A stretch of 64,000 bases of DNA from assembly GCF_009914755.1 (NCBI RefSeq), contig NC_060933.1; one strand, written 5' to 3'. Position 1 is the stretch's first letter. Each line of letters opens with the position of its first letter. This stretch comes from the human T2T-CHM13v2.0 reference genome, Homo sapiens. Positions 14,446 to 27,700 of the stretch are shown piece by piece. The position numbers and the translations under genes were made by a program. Below the pieces are notes generated by a model. The model did not search any database and was not told where the DNA came from. It saw only the letters and a list, made by a program, of their open reading frames with translations.

Positions 14446-17108
14446 AATGGAGACTAAGGGAGTTGAATAGAATCAATCCAAATGTAATGGAATGGAATGG
14501 AACGGAATGGAATTGAATGGAATGGAATGGAATGCAATGGAATGGAAACTTCCGGAATGGAATGGAATGGAATGGAATGGAATGAAATGCAATGGATTCA
14601 ACTCGATTGCAATGGAATGGAATAGAACGGAATGGAATGGAATGGAATGGAACTAATCCGAATAGAATGGAATGGAATGGAATGGGATTAACCTGAATAG
14701 AATGGAATGGAATGTTATGGAACGGAATGGAACGGAATGGAATGGAATGCAATGGAATGGAATGGAACGGAATGGAATGGTATGGAATGGAATGGAATGG
14801 TACGGAATAGAATGGAATGGAACGAATTGTAATGGAATGGAATTGAATGGAACGGAATGGAATGGAATGGAATCAACGTGAGCGCAGGGGAATGTAATGG
14901 AACGGAATGCAATGGAATGGAATCATCCGGAATGGAATGGAATGGAATGGAATGGAATGGAATGGAATGGAACAACCCGAATGGAATGGAATATAATGGA
15001 GAGTAAGGGAGTTGAATAGAATCAATCGGAATGTAATGGAATGGAATGCAACGGAATGGAATGGAATCGAATGGAATGGAATGGAATGGAATGGAATGCA
15101 AAGGAATGGAATCAACCCGAGAGGAATGGCATGGAATGGAATGCAATGGAATGGAATGGAATGGTATCAACTCGAGTAGAAAGGAATGGAATGGAATGGA
15201 AAGGAATGGAATGAAATCAACTCGAGTGGAATGGAATGGAATGGATTGGAATGGATTGCAATGGAATGAAATGGAATGGAATGGAATGGAATCAATCATT
15301 CCGAGTGGAATGGAAGGGAATGTAAAGGAGTGGAAAGAAGGGAATGGAATCAACCCGAGTGGAATGCAAGGCAATGGAATGGAATGGAAAGGAATGGAAT
15401 GGAATCAACTCGATTGCAATGGAATGGAATGGAATGGAATGGAATGGAATGGAATGGAATGGAATTAACCGGAATAGAATGGAATGCAATGGAATGGAAC
15501 GGAATGGAATGGAATAGAAGGTAATGGAATCAACACGAGTGCAGGGGAATGGAATGGAATGGAATGCAATGGAATTAAATCATCCGGAATGGAATGGAAT
15601 GGAATGGAATCAACTCCATTGCAATGGAATGGAATGGAATGGAATATAATGGAATGGAATTAACCCGAATAGAATGGAATGCAATAGAATGGAATGGAAC
15701 GGAACCGAATGGAGTGGAATGGAATGGAATGGAATCAACCTGAGTGCAGGGGAATGGAATGGAATGGAATGCAATAGAATGGAATCATCCGGAAAGGAAT
15801 GGAATGGAATGGAATGGAACGGAATCAAACCAAGTGCAATGGAATGGAGTGAAATGGATTGGAATGGAATGGAAACAACCAGAATGGATGGGAATATAAT
15901 GGAGTGTTAGGGAATTGAATAGAATCAATCTGAATGTAATGAAATGGAATGGAACGGAATGGAATGGAATGGAATGGAATCGAATGGAATGGAATGGAAT
16001 GGAATCAACCGGAGTGGAATGGCATGGAATGGAATGCAATGGAATGGAATGGAATGGAATGGAATAGTTCGAAATAGAATGGATTGTAACAAAATGGAAT
16101 GGAATGGAATGGAATGGAATGGAATCAAGTCGATTGCAGTGGAATAGAATGGAATGGAATGGAACGGATTGGAATGGAATGGAATGGAATGGAATTAAAT
16201 GGAATGGAACGGAATGGAATCAACCCGAGTGGAATGGCATGGAATGGAATGCAAAGGAATGGAATGGAATGGAATCAACTCGAGTGGAAAGGAATGGAAT
16301 GGAATGGAAAGGAATGGAATGAAATCAACTCGAGTGGAATGGAATATAATGGAATGGATTGGAATGGATTGCAATGGAATGAAATGGAATGGAATGGAAT
16401 GGAATCAATCATTCCAAGTGGAATGGAAGGGAATGTAATGGAGTGGAAAGAAGGGAATGGAATCAACCCGAGTGGAATGCAGGGCAATGGAATGGAATGG
16501 AAAGGAATGGAATGGAATAAACTCGATTGCAATCGAATGGAATGGAATGGAATGGAATGGAAAGGAATGGAATGGAATGAAATGGGATGGAATGGAATGC
16601 AATGGAATGGAATCAACCTGAGTGCAATCGAATGGAATCGAATGGAATGGAATGCAATGGAATGGATTCAACTTGAATGGAATGGAAAGAATGGAATCAA
16701 CACGAGTGGAATGGCATGGATTGGAATGGAATGGAATGGAATCAACCCGAGTACAGGGGAATGGAATGGAATGGAATGCAATGGAATGGAATCATCCGTA
16801 ATGGAAAGGAAAGGAATGGAATGGAATGGAATGGAATGGAATGGAATGGAATGGAATCAACTCGATTGCAATCGAATGGAATGGAATGGAATTAACCCGA
16901 ATAGAATGGACTGGAATGGAATGGAACGGAACGGAACGGAATGGAATGGAATGGAATGGAATGGAACAGAAAGGAATGGAATGGAATGGAATGGAATGGA
17001 ATGGAATGGAATGGAATCAACGCGAGTGCAGGGGAATAGAATGTAATGGAATGGAATGGAATGGAACGGAATGGAATGGAATGGAATGGAATGGAATGGA
17101 AAGAAGGG

Positions 17109-17136
17109 AATGGAATCAACCCGAGTTGATTCCATT
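17109..17136. other. Strand-switch junction J1 (G-strands convergent); 12-bp inverted repeat with 4-bp spacer
   Basis: AATGGAATCAAC-CCGA-GTTGATTCCATT. The arms 17109-17120 and 17125-17136 are exact reverse complements. CGAGT at 17122-17126 belongs to both the left and the right module. Confidence 0.95.
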
Positions 17137-20100
17137 GCTTTGCATTCCGTTCCATTCCATTCCTTTTCATTGTATTCGGGTTAATTCCATTGCATTCCAT
17201 TCCATTCCTTTCCATTCCATTCCATTCCATTACAATGGAGTTGATTCCATTCCATTCCATTCCATTCCAGTCCTTTCCATTCCATTCCACTCGGGTTGAT
17301 TCCATTCTATTAGTTTCCATTCCATTCCATTCCCTTCCATTCCACTCTGGTTGATTCCATCCCTTTCCATTTCACTCGAATACATTCCCTCCTATTCCAC
17401 TCGGAACGATTCCATTCCATTCCATTCCATTCCATTCCATTCCATTCCATTTCTTTCCATTCCATTCTATTCCGTACCATTCCATTCCATTCCATTCCAT
17501 TCCATTCCATTCCATTCCACTCGTGTTGATTACATTCCTTTCCATTGCATTCAGTTTGAAGGCATTCCATTCCATTCCATTCCATTCCATTCCATTCCAT
17601 TCCATTCCATTCCATTCCATTGTACTCGGGTTGATTCCATTCCATTGCATTCCATTCCATTCCATTCCATTCCATTCCATTCCATTCCATTCCATTCCAT
17701 TCCATTCCGGATGATTCCATTCCATTGCATTCCATTCCATTCCATTCCCCAGCACTCGGGTTGATTACGTTCCATTCCCTTCCCTTCCATTCCTTTCCAT
17801 TCCATTCCATTCCATTCTATTCGGGTGAATTCCATTCCATTCCATTCCATTCCATTCCATTCCAATCCATTCCTTTCCATTCCATTGCAATCGAGTTGAA
17901 TCCATTCCATTCCATTCCATTCCGTTCCGGATGATTCCATTCCATTGCATTCCATTCCATTCCATTCCCCTGCAGTCGGTTTGATTCCTTTCCACTCCAT
18001 TCCATTCCATTCCATTTCATTCCATACCATTCCATTCCCCTGCAGTCGGTATGATTCCTTTCCATTCCATTCCATTCCGTTCCATTCCATTCCATTCCGT
18101 TCCATTCCATTCCATTCCATTCTATTCGGGTTAATTCCATTCCATTCCTTTCCATTCCATTCCAATCGATTTAATTCCATTCCATTGCATTCCATTCCAC
18201 TCCATTCCAGTCCTTTCCATTCCATTCCACTCGGGTTGATTCCATTCTATTCCTTTCCATTCCATTCCATTGCAATCGAGTTGATTCCATTGCATTGCAT
18301 TCCATTCCATTCCATTCCATTCCGGATGATTCCATTCCATTACATTCCATTCCATTCCATTCCCCTGCACTCGGGTTGATTCCATTCCATTCCACTCCAT
18401 TCCGTTCCATTGCATTCCATTCCATTGTATTCGGGTTAATTCCATTGCATTCCATTCCATTCCATTCCATTCCATTTCATTCCATTACAATCGAGTTGAT
18501 TCCATTCCATTCCATTCCATTCCATTCCATTCCTTTCCATTCCATTCCACTCGGGTTGATTCCATTCTATTAGTTTCCATTCCATTCCATTCCCTTCCAT
18601 TCCACTCTGGTTGATTCCATTCCTTTCCATTCCACTCGAATACATTCCCTCCTATTCCCTCGGAACAATTCCATTCCATTCCATTCCATTCTATTCCATT
18701 CCATTTCGTTCCATTCCATTCTATTCCATACCATTCCATTCCATTCCATTCCATTCCATTCCACTCGTGTTGATTCCATTCCTTTCCATTCCATTCGGTT
18801 TGAAGCCATTCCATCCCATTCAATTCCATTCCATTCCTTTCCATTCCATTACGGATGATTCCATTCCATTGCATTCCATTCCATTCCATTCCCCTGTACT
18901 CGGGTTGATTCCATTCCATTCCATTCCAATCCATGCCATTCCACTCGTGTTGATTCCATTCTTTCCATTCCATTCAAGTTGAATCCATTCCATTGCATTC
19001 CATTCCATTCGATTCCATTCGATTGCACTCGGGTTGATTCCATTCCATTCCATTCCATTCCATTCCGTTCCATTCCATTCCGTTCCATTCCATTCCATTA
19101 CATTCGGATTGATTCTTTTTAACTCCCTTACTCTCCATTACATTCCATTCCATTCGGGTTCTTCCATTCCATTCCATTCCATTCCACTCCATTCCATTGC
19201 ACTCGGGTTGATTCCATTCCATTGCATTCCATTCCATTCCATTCCATTCCATTCCATTCCGGATGATTCCATTCCATTGCATTCCGTTCTATTACATTCC
19301 CCTGCAATCGCGTTGATTCCATTCCATTCCATTCCATTCCATTCGATTCCAATCCATTCCAATTCGTTCCATTCCATTCTATTCCGTACCATTCCATTCC
19401 ATTCCATAGCATTCCATTCCATTCCATTCCATTCCATTTCACTCGTGTTGATTCCATTCTTTTCCATTCCATTCGGTTTGAAGCCATTCCATTCCATGCA
19501 ATTCCACTCCATTCCATTCCATTCCATTCCATTCCATTCCATTCCATTCCATTCCATTCCATTCCATTCCATTGTACTCTGGTTGATTCCATTCCATTGC
19601 ATTCCATTCCATTCCATTCCGTTCCATTCCATTCCATTACATTCGGATTGATTCTATTCAACTCCGTTACTCTCCATTACATTCCATTCCATTCGGGTTG
19701 TTCCATTCCATTCCATTCCATTCCACTGCATTCCATTGCACTCGGGTTGTTTCCATTCCATTCCATTCCATTCCATTCCATTCCGGATGATTCCATTCCA
19801 TTGCATTCCGTTCCATTACATTCCCCTGCACTCGCGTTGATTCCATTCCATTCCATTCCATTCCATACCATTCCATTCCATTCCATTCCATTCCATTCCA
19901 TTCCATTCCTTTCCATTCCATTACGGATGATTCCATTCCATTACATTCCATTCCATTCCATTCCCCTGTACTCGGGTTGATTGCATTCCATTCTATTCCA
20001 ATCCATGCCATTCCACTCGTGTTGATTCCATTCTTTCCATTCCATTCAAGTTGAATCCATTCCATTGCATTCCATTCCATTCGATTCCATTCGATTGCAC

Positions 20101-21747
20101 TCGGGTTGATTCCATTCCATTGCATTCCATTCCATTCCATTCCATTCCATTCCATTCCATTCCGTTCCATTCCATTCCATTACATTCGGATTGATTCTAT
20201 TCAATTCCCTTACACTCCATTACATTCCTTTCCATTCGGGTAGTTTCCATTCCATTCCATGCCATTCCTCTCCATTCCATTGCACTCGGGTTGATTCCAT
20301 TCCATTCCATTCCATTCCATACCATTCCATTCCATTCCATTGTACTCGGGTTGATTCCATTGCATTGCATTCCATTCCATTCCATTCCGTTCCATTCCAT
20401 TCCACTACATTCGGGTTGATTCTATTCAACTCCCTTACTCTCCATTACATTCCATTCCATTCGTGTTGTTCCATTCCATTCCATTCCATTCCACTCCATT
20501 GTATTGCACTCGGGTTGATTCCATTCCATTCCATTCCATTCCATTCAATTCCATTCCATTCCGTTCCGGTCCGTTCCATTCCATTCCATTCGATTCCATT
20601 CCGTTCCGTTCCATTCCATTCCATTCCATTCCATTCTATTTGGGTTAATTCCATTCCATTCCATTCGATTGCAATCGAGTTGATTCCATTCCATTCCATT
20701 CGATTGCAATCGAGTTGATTCCATTCCATTCCATTCCATTCCATTCCATTCCATTCCGGATTATTCCATTCCATTGCATTCCATTCCATTCCATTCCCCT
20801 GCACTCGTGTTGATTCCATTCCCTTCCATTCCATTCCATTCCATTCCATTCCATTCTATTCCGATTAATTCCATTCCATTCCATTCCATTCCATTCCATT
20901 CCATTGCAATCGAGTTGATTCCATTCCATTCCTTTCCATTCCATTCCATTGCCTTGCATTCCACTCGGGTTGATTCCATTCCCTTCTTTCCACTCCATTA
21001 CATTCCCTTCCATGATTGATTCCATTCCATTCCATTCCATTTCATTCCATTGCAATCCATTCCAATCCATTCCATTCCATTCCATTCCACTCGAGTTGAC
21101 TTCATTCCATTCCTTTCCATTCCATTCCATTCCTTTCCACTCGAGTTGATTCCATTCCATTCCAATCCATTGCATTCCATTCCATGCCATTCCACTCGGG
21201 TTGATTCCATTCCTTTGCATTCCATTCCATTCCATTCCATTCCATTCCATTCCATTCCGTTGCATTCCATTCCATTACATTCGGATTGATTCTATTCAAC
21301 TCCCTTACTCTCCATTACATTCCATTCCATTCGGGTTGTTCCATTCCATTCCATTCCACTCCATTCCATTGCACTCGGGTTGATTCCATTCCATTCCATT
21401 CCATTCCATTCCATTCCGGATGATTCCATTCCATTGCATTCCGTTCCATTACATTCCCCTGCACTCGCGTTGATTCCATTCCATTCCATTCCATTCCATT
21501 CCATTCAATTCCATTCCATTACAATTCGTTCCATTCCATTCTATTCCGTACCATTCCATTCCATTCCATACCATTCCATTCCATTCCATTCCATTCCATT
21601 CCATTCCGTTCCATTCCGTTCCATTCCATTCCATTCCATTCTATTCGGGTTAATCCCATTCCATTCTATTCCATTCCATTCTATTCCATTCCATTGCAAT
21701 CGAGTTGAATCCATTGCATTTCATTCCATTCCATTCCATTCCATTCC

Positions 21748-21762
21748 ATTCCGGAAGATTCC
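21748..21762 (-). promoter_or_regulatory. Perfect heat-shock-element consensus (representative of ~24 copies in domain 2)
   Basis: ATTCCGGAAGATTCC is the reverse complement of GGAATCTTCCGGAAT. Sequence match only. Confidence 0.55.
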
Positions 21763-24700
21763 ATTCCATTGCATTCCATTACATTCCAATCCCCTGAACT
21801 CGCGTTGATTCCATTCCATTCCATTCCATTCCATTCCATTCCATTCCATTCCGTTCCGTTCCATTCCATTCCATTCCATTCCATTCCATTCCGTTCCGTT
21901 CCATTCCATTCCTTTCCATTCTATTCGGGTTAATTCCATTCCATTCCATTCGATTGCAATCGTGTTGATTCCATTCCATTCCATTCCATTCCAGTTCGTT
22001 CCATTCCGTTCTATTCCGTACCATTCCATTCCATTCCATTCCTTTCCATTCCATTCCTTTCCACTCGTGTTGATTCCATTCCTTTCCATTCCATTCGGTT
22101 TGAAGGCATTCCATTCCATTCCATTCCATTCCATTCCGTTCCATTCCATTCCATTCCATTCCATTCCATTCCATTCCATTCCATTCCGTTCCGTTACATT
22201 CCATTCCATTCCATTCTATTCGGGTTAATTCCATTCCATTCCATTCGATTGCCATCGAGTTGATTCCATTCCATTCCATTCCATTCCATTCCATTCCATT
22301 CCATTCCTTTCCATTCCATTACGGATGACTCCATTCCATTGCATTCCATTCCATTCCATTCCCCTGTACTCGGGTTGATTCCATTCCATTCCATTCCACT
22401 CCACTCGGTTCCGTTGCATTCCATTCTATTGCATTCCATTCTATTCGGGTTAATTCCATTCCATTCTATTCCATTCCATTCCATTCCATTCCATTGCAAT
22501 GGAGTTGATTCCATTCCATTCCATTCCATTCCGGATGATTCCATTCCATTACATTCCATTCCATTCCATTCCCCTGCACTCGTGTTCTTTCCATTCCGTT
22601 CCATTCCATTCCATTCCATTCTATTCCGGTTAATTCCATTCCATTCCATTCCATTCCATTCCATTCCATTCCATTCCATTCCATTGCAATCGAGTTGATT
22701 CCATTCCATTCCTTTCCATTCCATTCCATTGCCTTGCATTCCACTCGGGTTGATTCCATTCCCTTCTTTCCACTCCATTACATTCCCTTCCATTCCACTC
22801 GGAATGATTAATTCCATTCCATTCCATTCCATTTCATTCCATTGCAATCCATTCCAATCCGTTCCATTCCATTCCATTCCACTCGAGTTGACTTCATTCC
22901 ATTCCTTTCCATTCCATTCCATTCCTTTCCACTCGAGTTGATTCCATTCCATTGCAATCCATTGCATTCCATTCCATGCCATTCCACTCGGGTTGATTCC
23001 ATTCCTTTGCATTCCATTCCTTTCCATTCCATTCCATTCCGTTGCATTCCATTCCATTACATTCGGATTGATTCTATTCAACTCCCTTACTCTCCATTAC
23101 ATTCCATTCCATTCGGGTTGTTCCATTCCATTCCATTCCATTCCACTCCATTCCATTGCACTCGGGTTGATTCCATTCCATTCCATTGCATTCCATTCCA
23201 TTCCGGATGATTCCATTCCATTGCATTCCATTCCATTACATTCCCCTGCACTCGCGTTGATTCCATTCCATTCCATTCCATTCCATTCAATTCCATTCCA
23301 TTACAATTCGTTCCATTCCATTCTATTCCATACGATTCCATTCCATTCCATACCATTCCATTCCATTCCATTCCATTCCATTCCATTCCATTCCGTTCCA
23401 TTCCGTTGCATTCCATTCCATTCCATTCTATTCGGGTTAATTCCATTTCATTCCATTCCATCCCATTCTATTTCATTCCATTGCAATCGAGTTGAATCCA
23501 TTGCATTTCATTCCATTCCATTCCATTCCGGAAGATTCCATTCCATTGCATTCCATTCCATTCCATTCCCCTGCCCTCGCGTTGATTCCATTCCATTCCA
23601 TTCCATTCCATTCCATTCCATTCCGTTCCGTTCCGTTCCATTCCATTCCATTCCATTCCATTACATTCCGTTCCGTTCCGTTCCATTCCATTCCATTCTA
23701 TTCGGGTTAATTCCATTCCATTCCATTGGATTGCAATCGTGTTGATTCCATTCCATTCCATTCCATTCCATTCCATTCCATTCCATTCCATTCCATTCCT
23801 TTCCATTACATTACGGATGATTCCATTCCATTGCATTCCATTCCATTCCATTCCCCTGTACTCGGGTTGATTCCATTCCATTGCATTCCAATCCATGCCC
23901 TTCCACTCGTGTTGATTCCATTCTTTCCATTCCATTCAAGTTGAATCCATTCCATTGCATTCCATTCCATTCGATTCCATTCGATTGCACTCGGGTTGAT
24001 TCCATTCCATTGCATTCCATTCCATTCCATTCCATTCCATTCCATTCCGTTCCATTCCATTCCATTACATTCGGATTGATTCTATTCAATTCCCTTACAC
24101 TCCATTACATTGCATTCCATTCGGGTAGTTTCCATTCCATTCCATTCCATTCTTCTCCATTCCATTGCACTCGGGTTGATTCCATTCCATTGCATTCCAT
24201 TCCATTCCATTCAATTCCATTCCGTTCCATTCCATTCCATTACATTCGGATTGATTCTATTCAACTCCCTTACTCTCCATTCCATTCCATTCCATTCGGG
24301 TTGTTCCATTCCATTCCATTCCATTCCACTCCATTCCATTGCACTCGGGTTTATTCCATTTCATTCCATTCCATTCCATTCCATTCCATTCCATTCCGGA
24401 AGATCCCATTCCATTGCATTCCATTCCATTCCATTCCCCTGCACTCGCGTTGATTCCATTCCATTCCATTCCATTCCATTCCATTCCATTCCATTCCATT
24501 CCTTTCCGTTCCATTCCATTCCATTCCATTCCATTCCATTCCGTTCCGTTCCGTTCCCTTCCATTCCATTCCATTCCATTCCATTCGGGTTAATTCCATT
24601 CCATTCCATTCGATTGCAATCGAGTTGATTCCATTCCATTCCATTCCATTCCATTCCATTCCATTCCTTTAAATTCCATTACGGATGATTCCATTCCATT

Positions 24701-27700
24701 GCATTACATTCCATTCCATTCCCCTGTACTAGGGTTGATTCCATTCCATTCCATTCCAATCCATGCCATTCCACTCGTGTTGATTCCATTCTTTCCATTC
24801 CATTCAAGTTGAATCCATTCCATTGCATTCCATTCCATTCCATTCCCCTGCAGTCGGGTTGATTCCATTCCATTCCATTCCATTCCATTCCATTCCATTC
24901 CGTTCCGTTCCGTTCCGTTCCGTTCCATTCCATTCCTTTCCATTCTATTCGGGTTAATTCCATTCCATTCCATTCCATTCCATTCCACTCCATTCCATTC
25001 CTTTCCATTCCATTCCACTCGGGTTGATTCCAATGTATTCCTTTCCATTCCATTCCATTCCATTGCAATCGAGTTGATTCCATTGCTTTGCATTCCATTC
25101 CATTCCATTCCATTCCGGATGATTCCATTCCATTGCATTCCATTCCATTCCATTCCCCTGCACTCGGGTTGATTCCATTCCACTCCATTCCGTTCCATTC
25201 CATTCCATTCCATTCTATTCGGGTTAATTCCATTCCATTCCATCCCATTCCATTCCATTCCATTACAATCGAGTTGATTCCATTCCATTCCATTCCATTC
25301 CATTCCATTCCAGTCCTTTCCATTCCATTCCACTCGGGTTGATTCCATTCTATTAGTTTCCATTCCATTCCATTCCCTTCCATTCCACTCTGGTTGATTC
25401 CATTCCTTTCCATTCCACTAGAATACATTCCCTCCTATTCCACTCGAAACGATTCCATTCCATTCCATTCCATTCCATTCCATTCCATTCCATTCCAGTT
25501 CGTTCCATTCCGTTCTATTCCGTACCATTCCATTCCTTTCCATTCCTTTCCATTCCATTCCATTGCACTCGTGTTGATTCCATTCCTTTCCATTCCATTC
25601 GGTTTGAAGGCATTCCATTCCATTCCATTCCATTCCATTCCATTCCATTCCATTCTATTCCATTCCATTGCAATCGAGTTGAATCCATTGCCTTTCATTC
25701 CATTCCATTCCATTCCATTCCATTCCGGAAGATTCCATTCCATTGCATTCCATTCCATTCCATTCCCCTGCACTCGCGTTGATTCCATTCCATTCCATTC
25801 CATTCCATTCCGTTCCGTTCCATTCCATTCCATTCCATTCCATTCCATTCCGTTCCGTTCCATTCCATTCCATTCCATTCTATTCGGGTTAATTCCATTC
25901 CATTCCATTCGATTGCCATCGAGTTGATTCCATTCCATTCCATTCCATTCCATTCCATTCCATTCCATTCCATTCCTTTCCATTCCATTACGGATGACTC
26001 CATTCCATTGCATTGCATTCCATTCCATTCCTCTGTACTCGGGTTGATTCCATTCCATTCCATTCCACTCCATTCGGTTCCATTGCATTCCATTCTATTG
26101 CATTCCATTCTATTCGGGTTAATTCCATTCCATTCTATTCCATTCCATTCCATTCCATTGCAATGGAGTTGACTCCATTCCATTCCATTCCATTCCGGAT
26201 GATTCCATTCCATTGCATTCCATTCCATTCCATTCCCCTGCACTCGTGTTGATTCCATTCCCTTCCATTCCATTCCATTCCGTTCCATTCCATTCCATTC
26301 CATTCTATTCCGGTTAATTCCATTCCATTCCATTCCATTCCATTCCATTCCATTCCATTCCATTGCAATCGAGTTGATTCCATTCCATTCCTTTCCATTC
26401 CTTTCCATTGCCTTGCATTCCACTCGGGTTGATTCCATTCCCTTCTTTCCACTCCATTACATTCCCTTCCATGATTGATTCCATTCCATTCCATTCCATT
26501 TCATTCCACTCGAGTTGACTTCATTCCATTCCTTTCCATTCTATTCCATTCCTTTCCACTCGAGTTGATTCCATTCCATTCCAATCCATTGCATTCCATT
26601 CCATGCCATTCCACTCGGGTTGATTCCATTCCTTTGCATTCCATTCCATTCCATTCCATTCCATTCCATTCCATTCCGTTGCATTCCATTCCATTACATT
26701 CGGATTGATTCTATTCAACTCCCTTACTCTCCATTACATTCCATTGCATTCGGGTTGTTCCATTCCATTCCATTCCATTCCACTCCATTCCATTGCACTC
26801 GGGTTGATTCCATTCCATTCCATTCCATTCCATTCCATTCCGGATGATTCCATTCCATTGCATTCCGTTCCATTGCATTCCCCTTCACTCGCATTGATTC
26901 CATTCCATTCCATTCCAATCCATTCAGTTCCATTCCATTACAATTCGTTCCATTCCATTCTATTCCGTACCATTCCATTCCATTCCATACCATTCCATTC
27001 CATTCCATTCCATTCTATTCCATTCCATTCCGTTACATTCCGTTCCATTCCATTCCATTCCATTCTATTCGGGTTAATCCCATTCCATTCCATTCCATTC
27101 CATTCTAATCCATTCCATTGCAATCGAGTTGAATCCATTGCATTTCATTCCATTCCATTCCATTCCATTCCATTCCATTCCGGAAGATTCCATTCCATTG
27201 CATTCCGTTCCATGCCATTCCCCTGCACTCGCGTTGATTCCATTCCATTCCATTCCATTCCATTCCATTCCATTCCATTCCGTTCGGTTCCGTTCCATTC
27301 CATTCCATTCCATTCCATTCCATTCCATTCCGTTCCGTTCCAATCCATTCCATTCCATTCTATTCGGGTTAATTCCATTCCATTCCATTCGATTGCAATC
27401 GTGTTGATTCCATTCCATTCCATTCCATTCCGGATGATTCCATTCCATTGCATTCCATTCCATTCCATTCTCCTGCACTCGGGTTGATTCCATTCCATTC
27501 CACTCCATTCCGTTCCATTCCATTCCATTCCATTGTATTCGGGTTAATTCCATTCCATTCCATTCCATTCCATTCCATTCCATTACAATCGAGTTGATTC
27601 CATTCCATTCCATTCCATTCCATTCCATTCCAGTCCTTTCCATTCCATTCCACTCGGGTTGATTCCATTCTATTAGTTTCCATTCCATTCCATTCCCTTC

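Larger units (their letters stand above)
1..17126 (+). repeat. Satellite III (HSat3) array, domain 1, (GGAAT)n on + strand
   Basis: Continuous GGAAT pentamers interrupted by CAACCCGAGT, CAACTCGATTGC, CATCCG, CTTCCGG and GAGTAAGGGAGTTG modules. (ATTCC)n plus ACTCGGGTTG is the established HSat3 signature. The HSat2-type CATTCGATTC 23/26-bp periodicity is not dominant. Confidence 0.97.

Noticed and set aside
24896-24925. (GGAAC)n/(GTTCC)n runs
   Set aside because: Ordinary slippage of a common variant pentamer after the TTAACCCG module.
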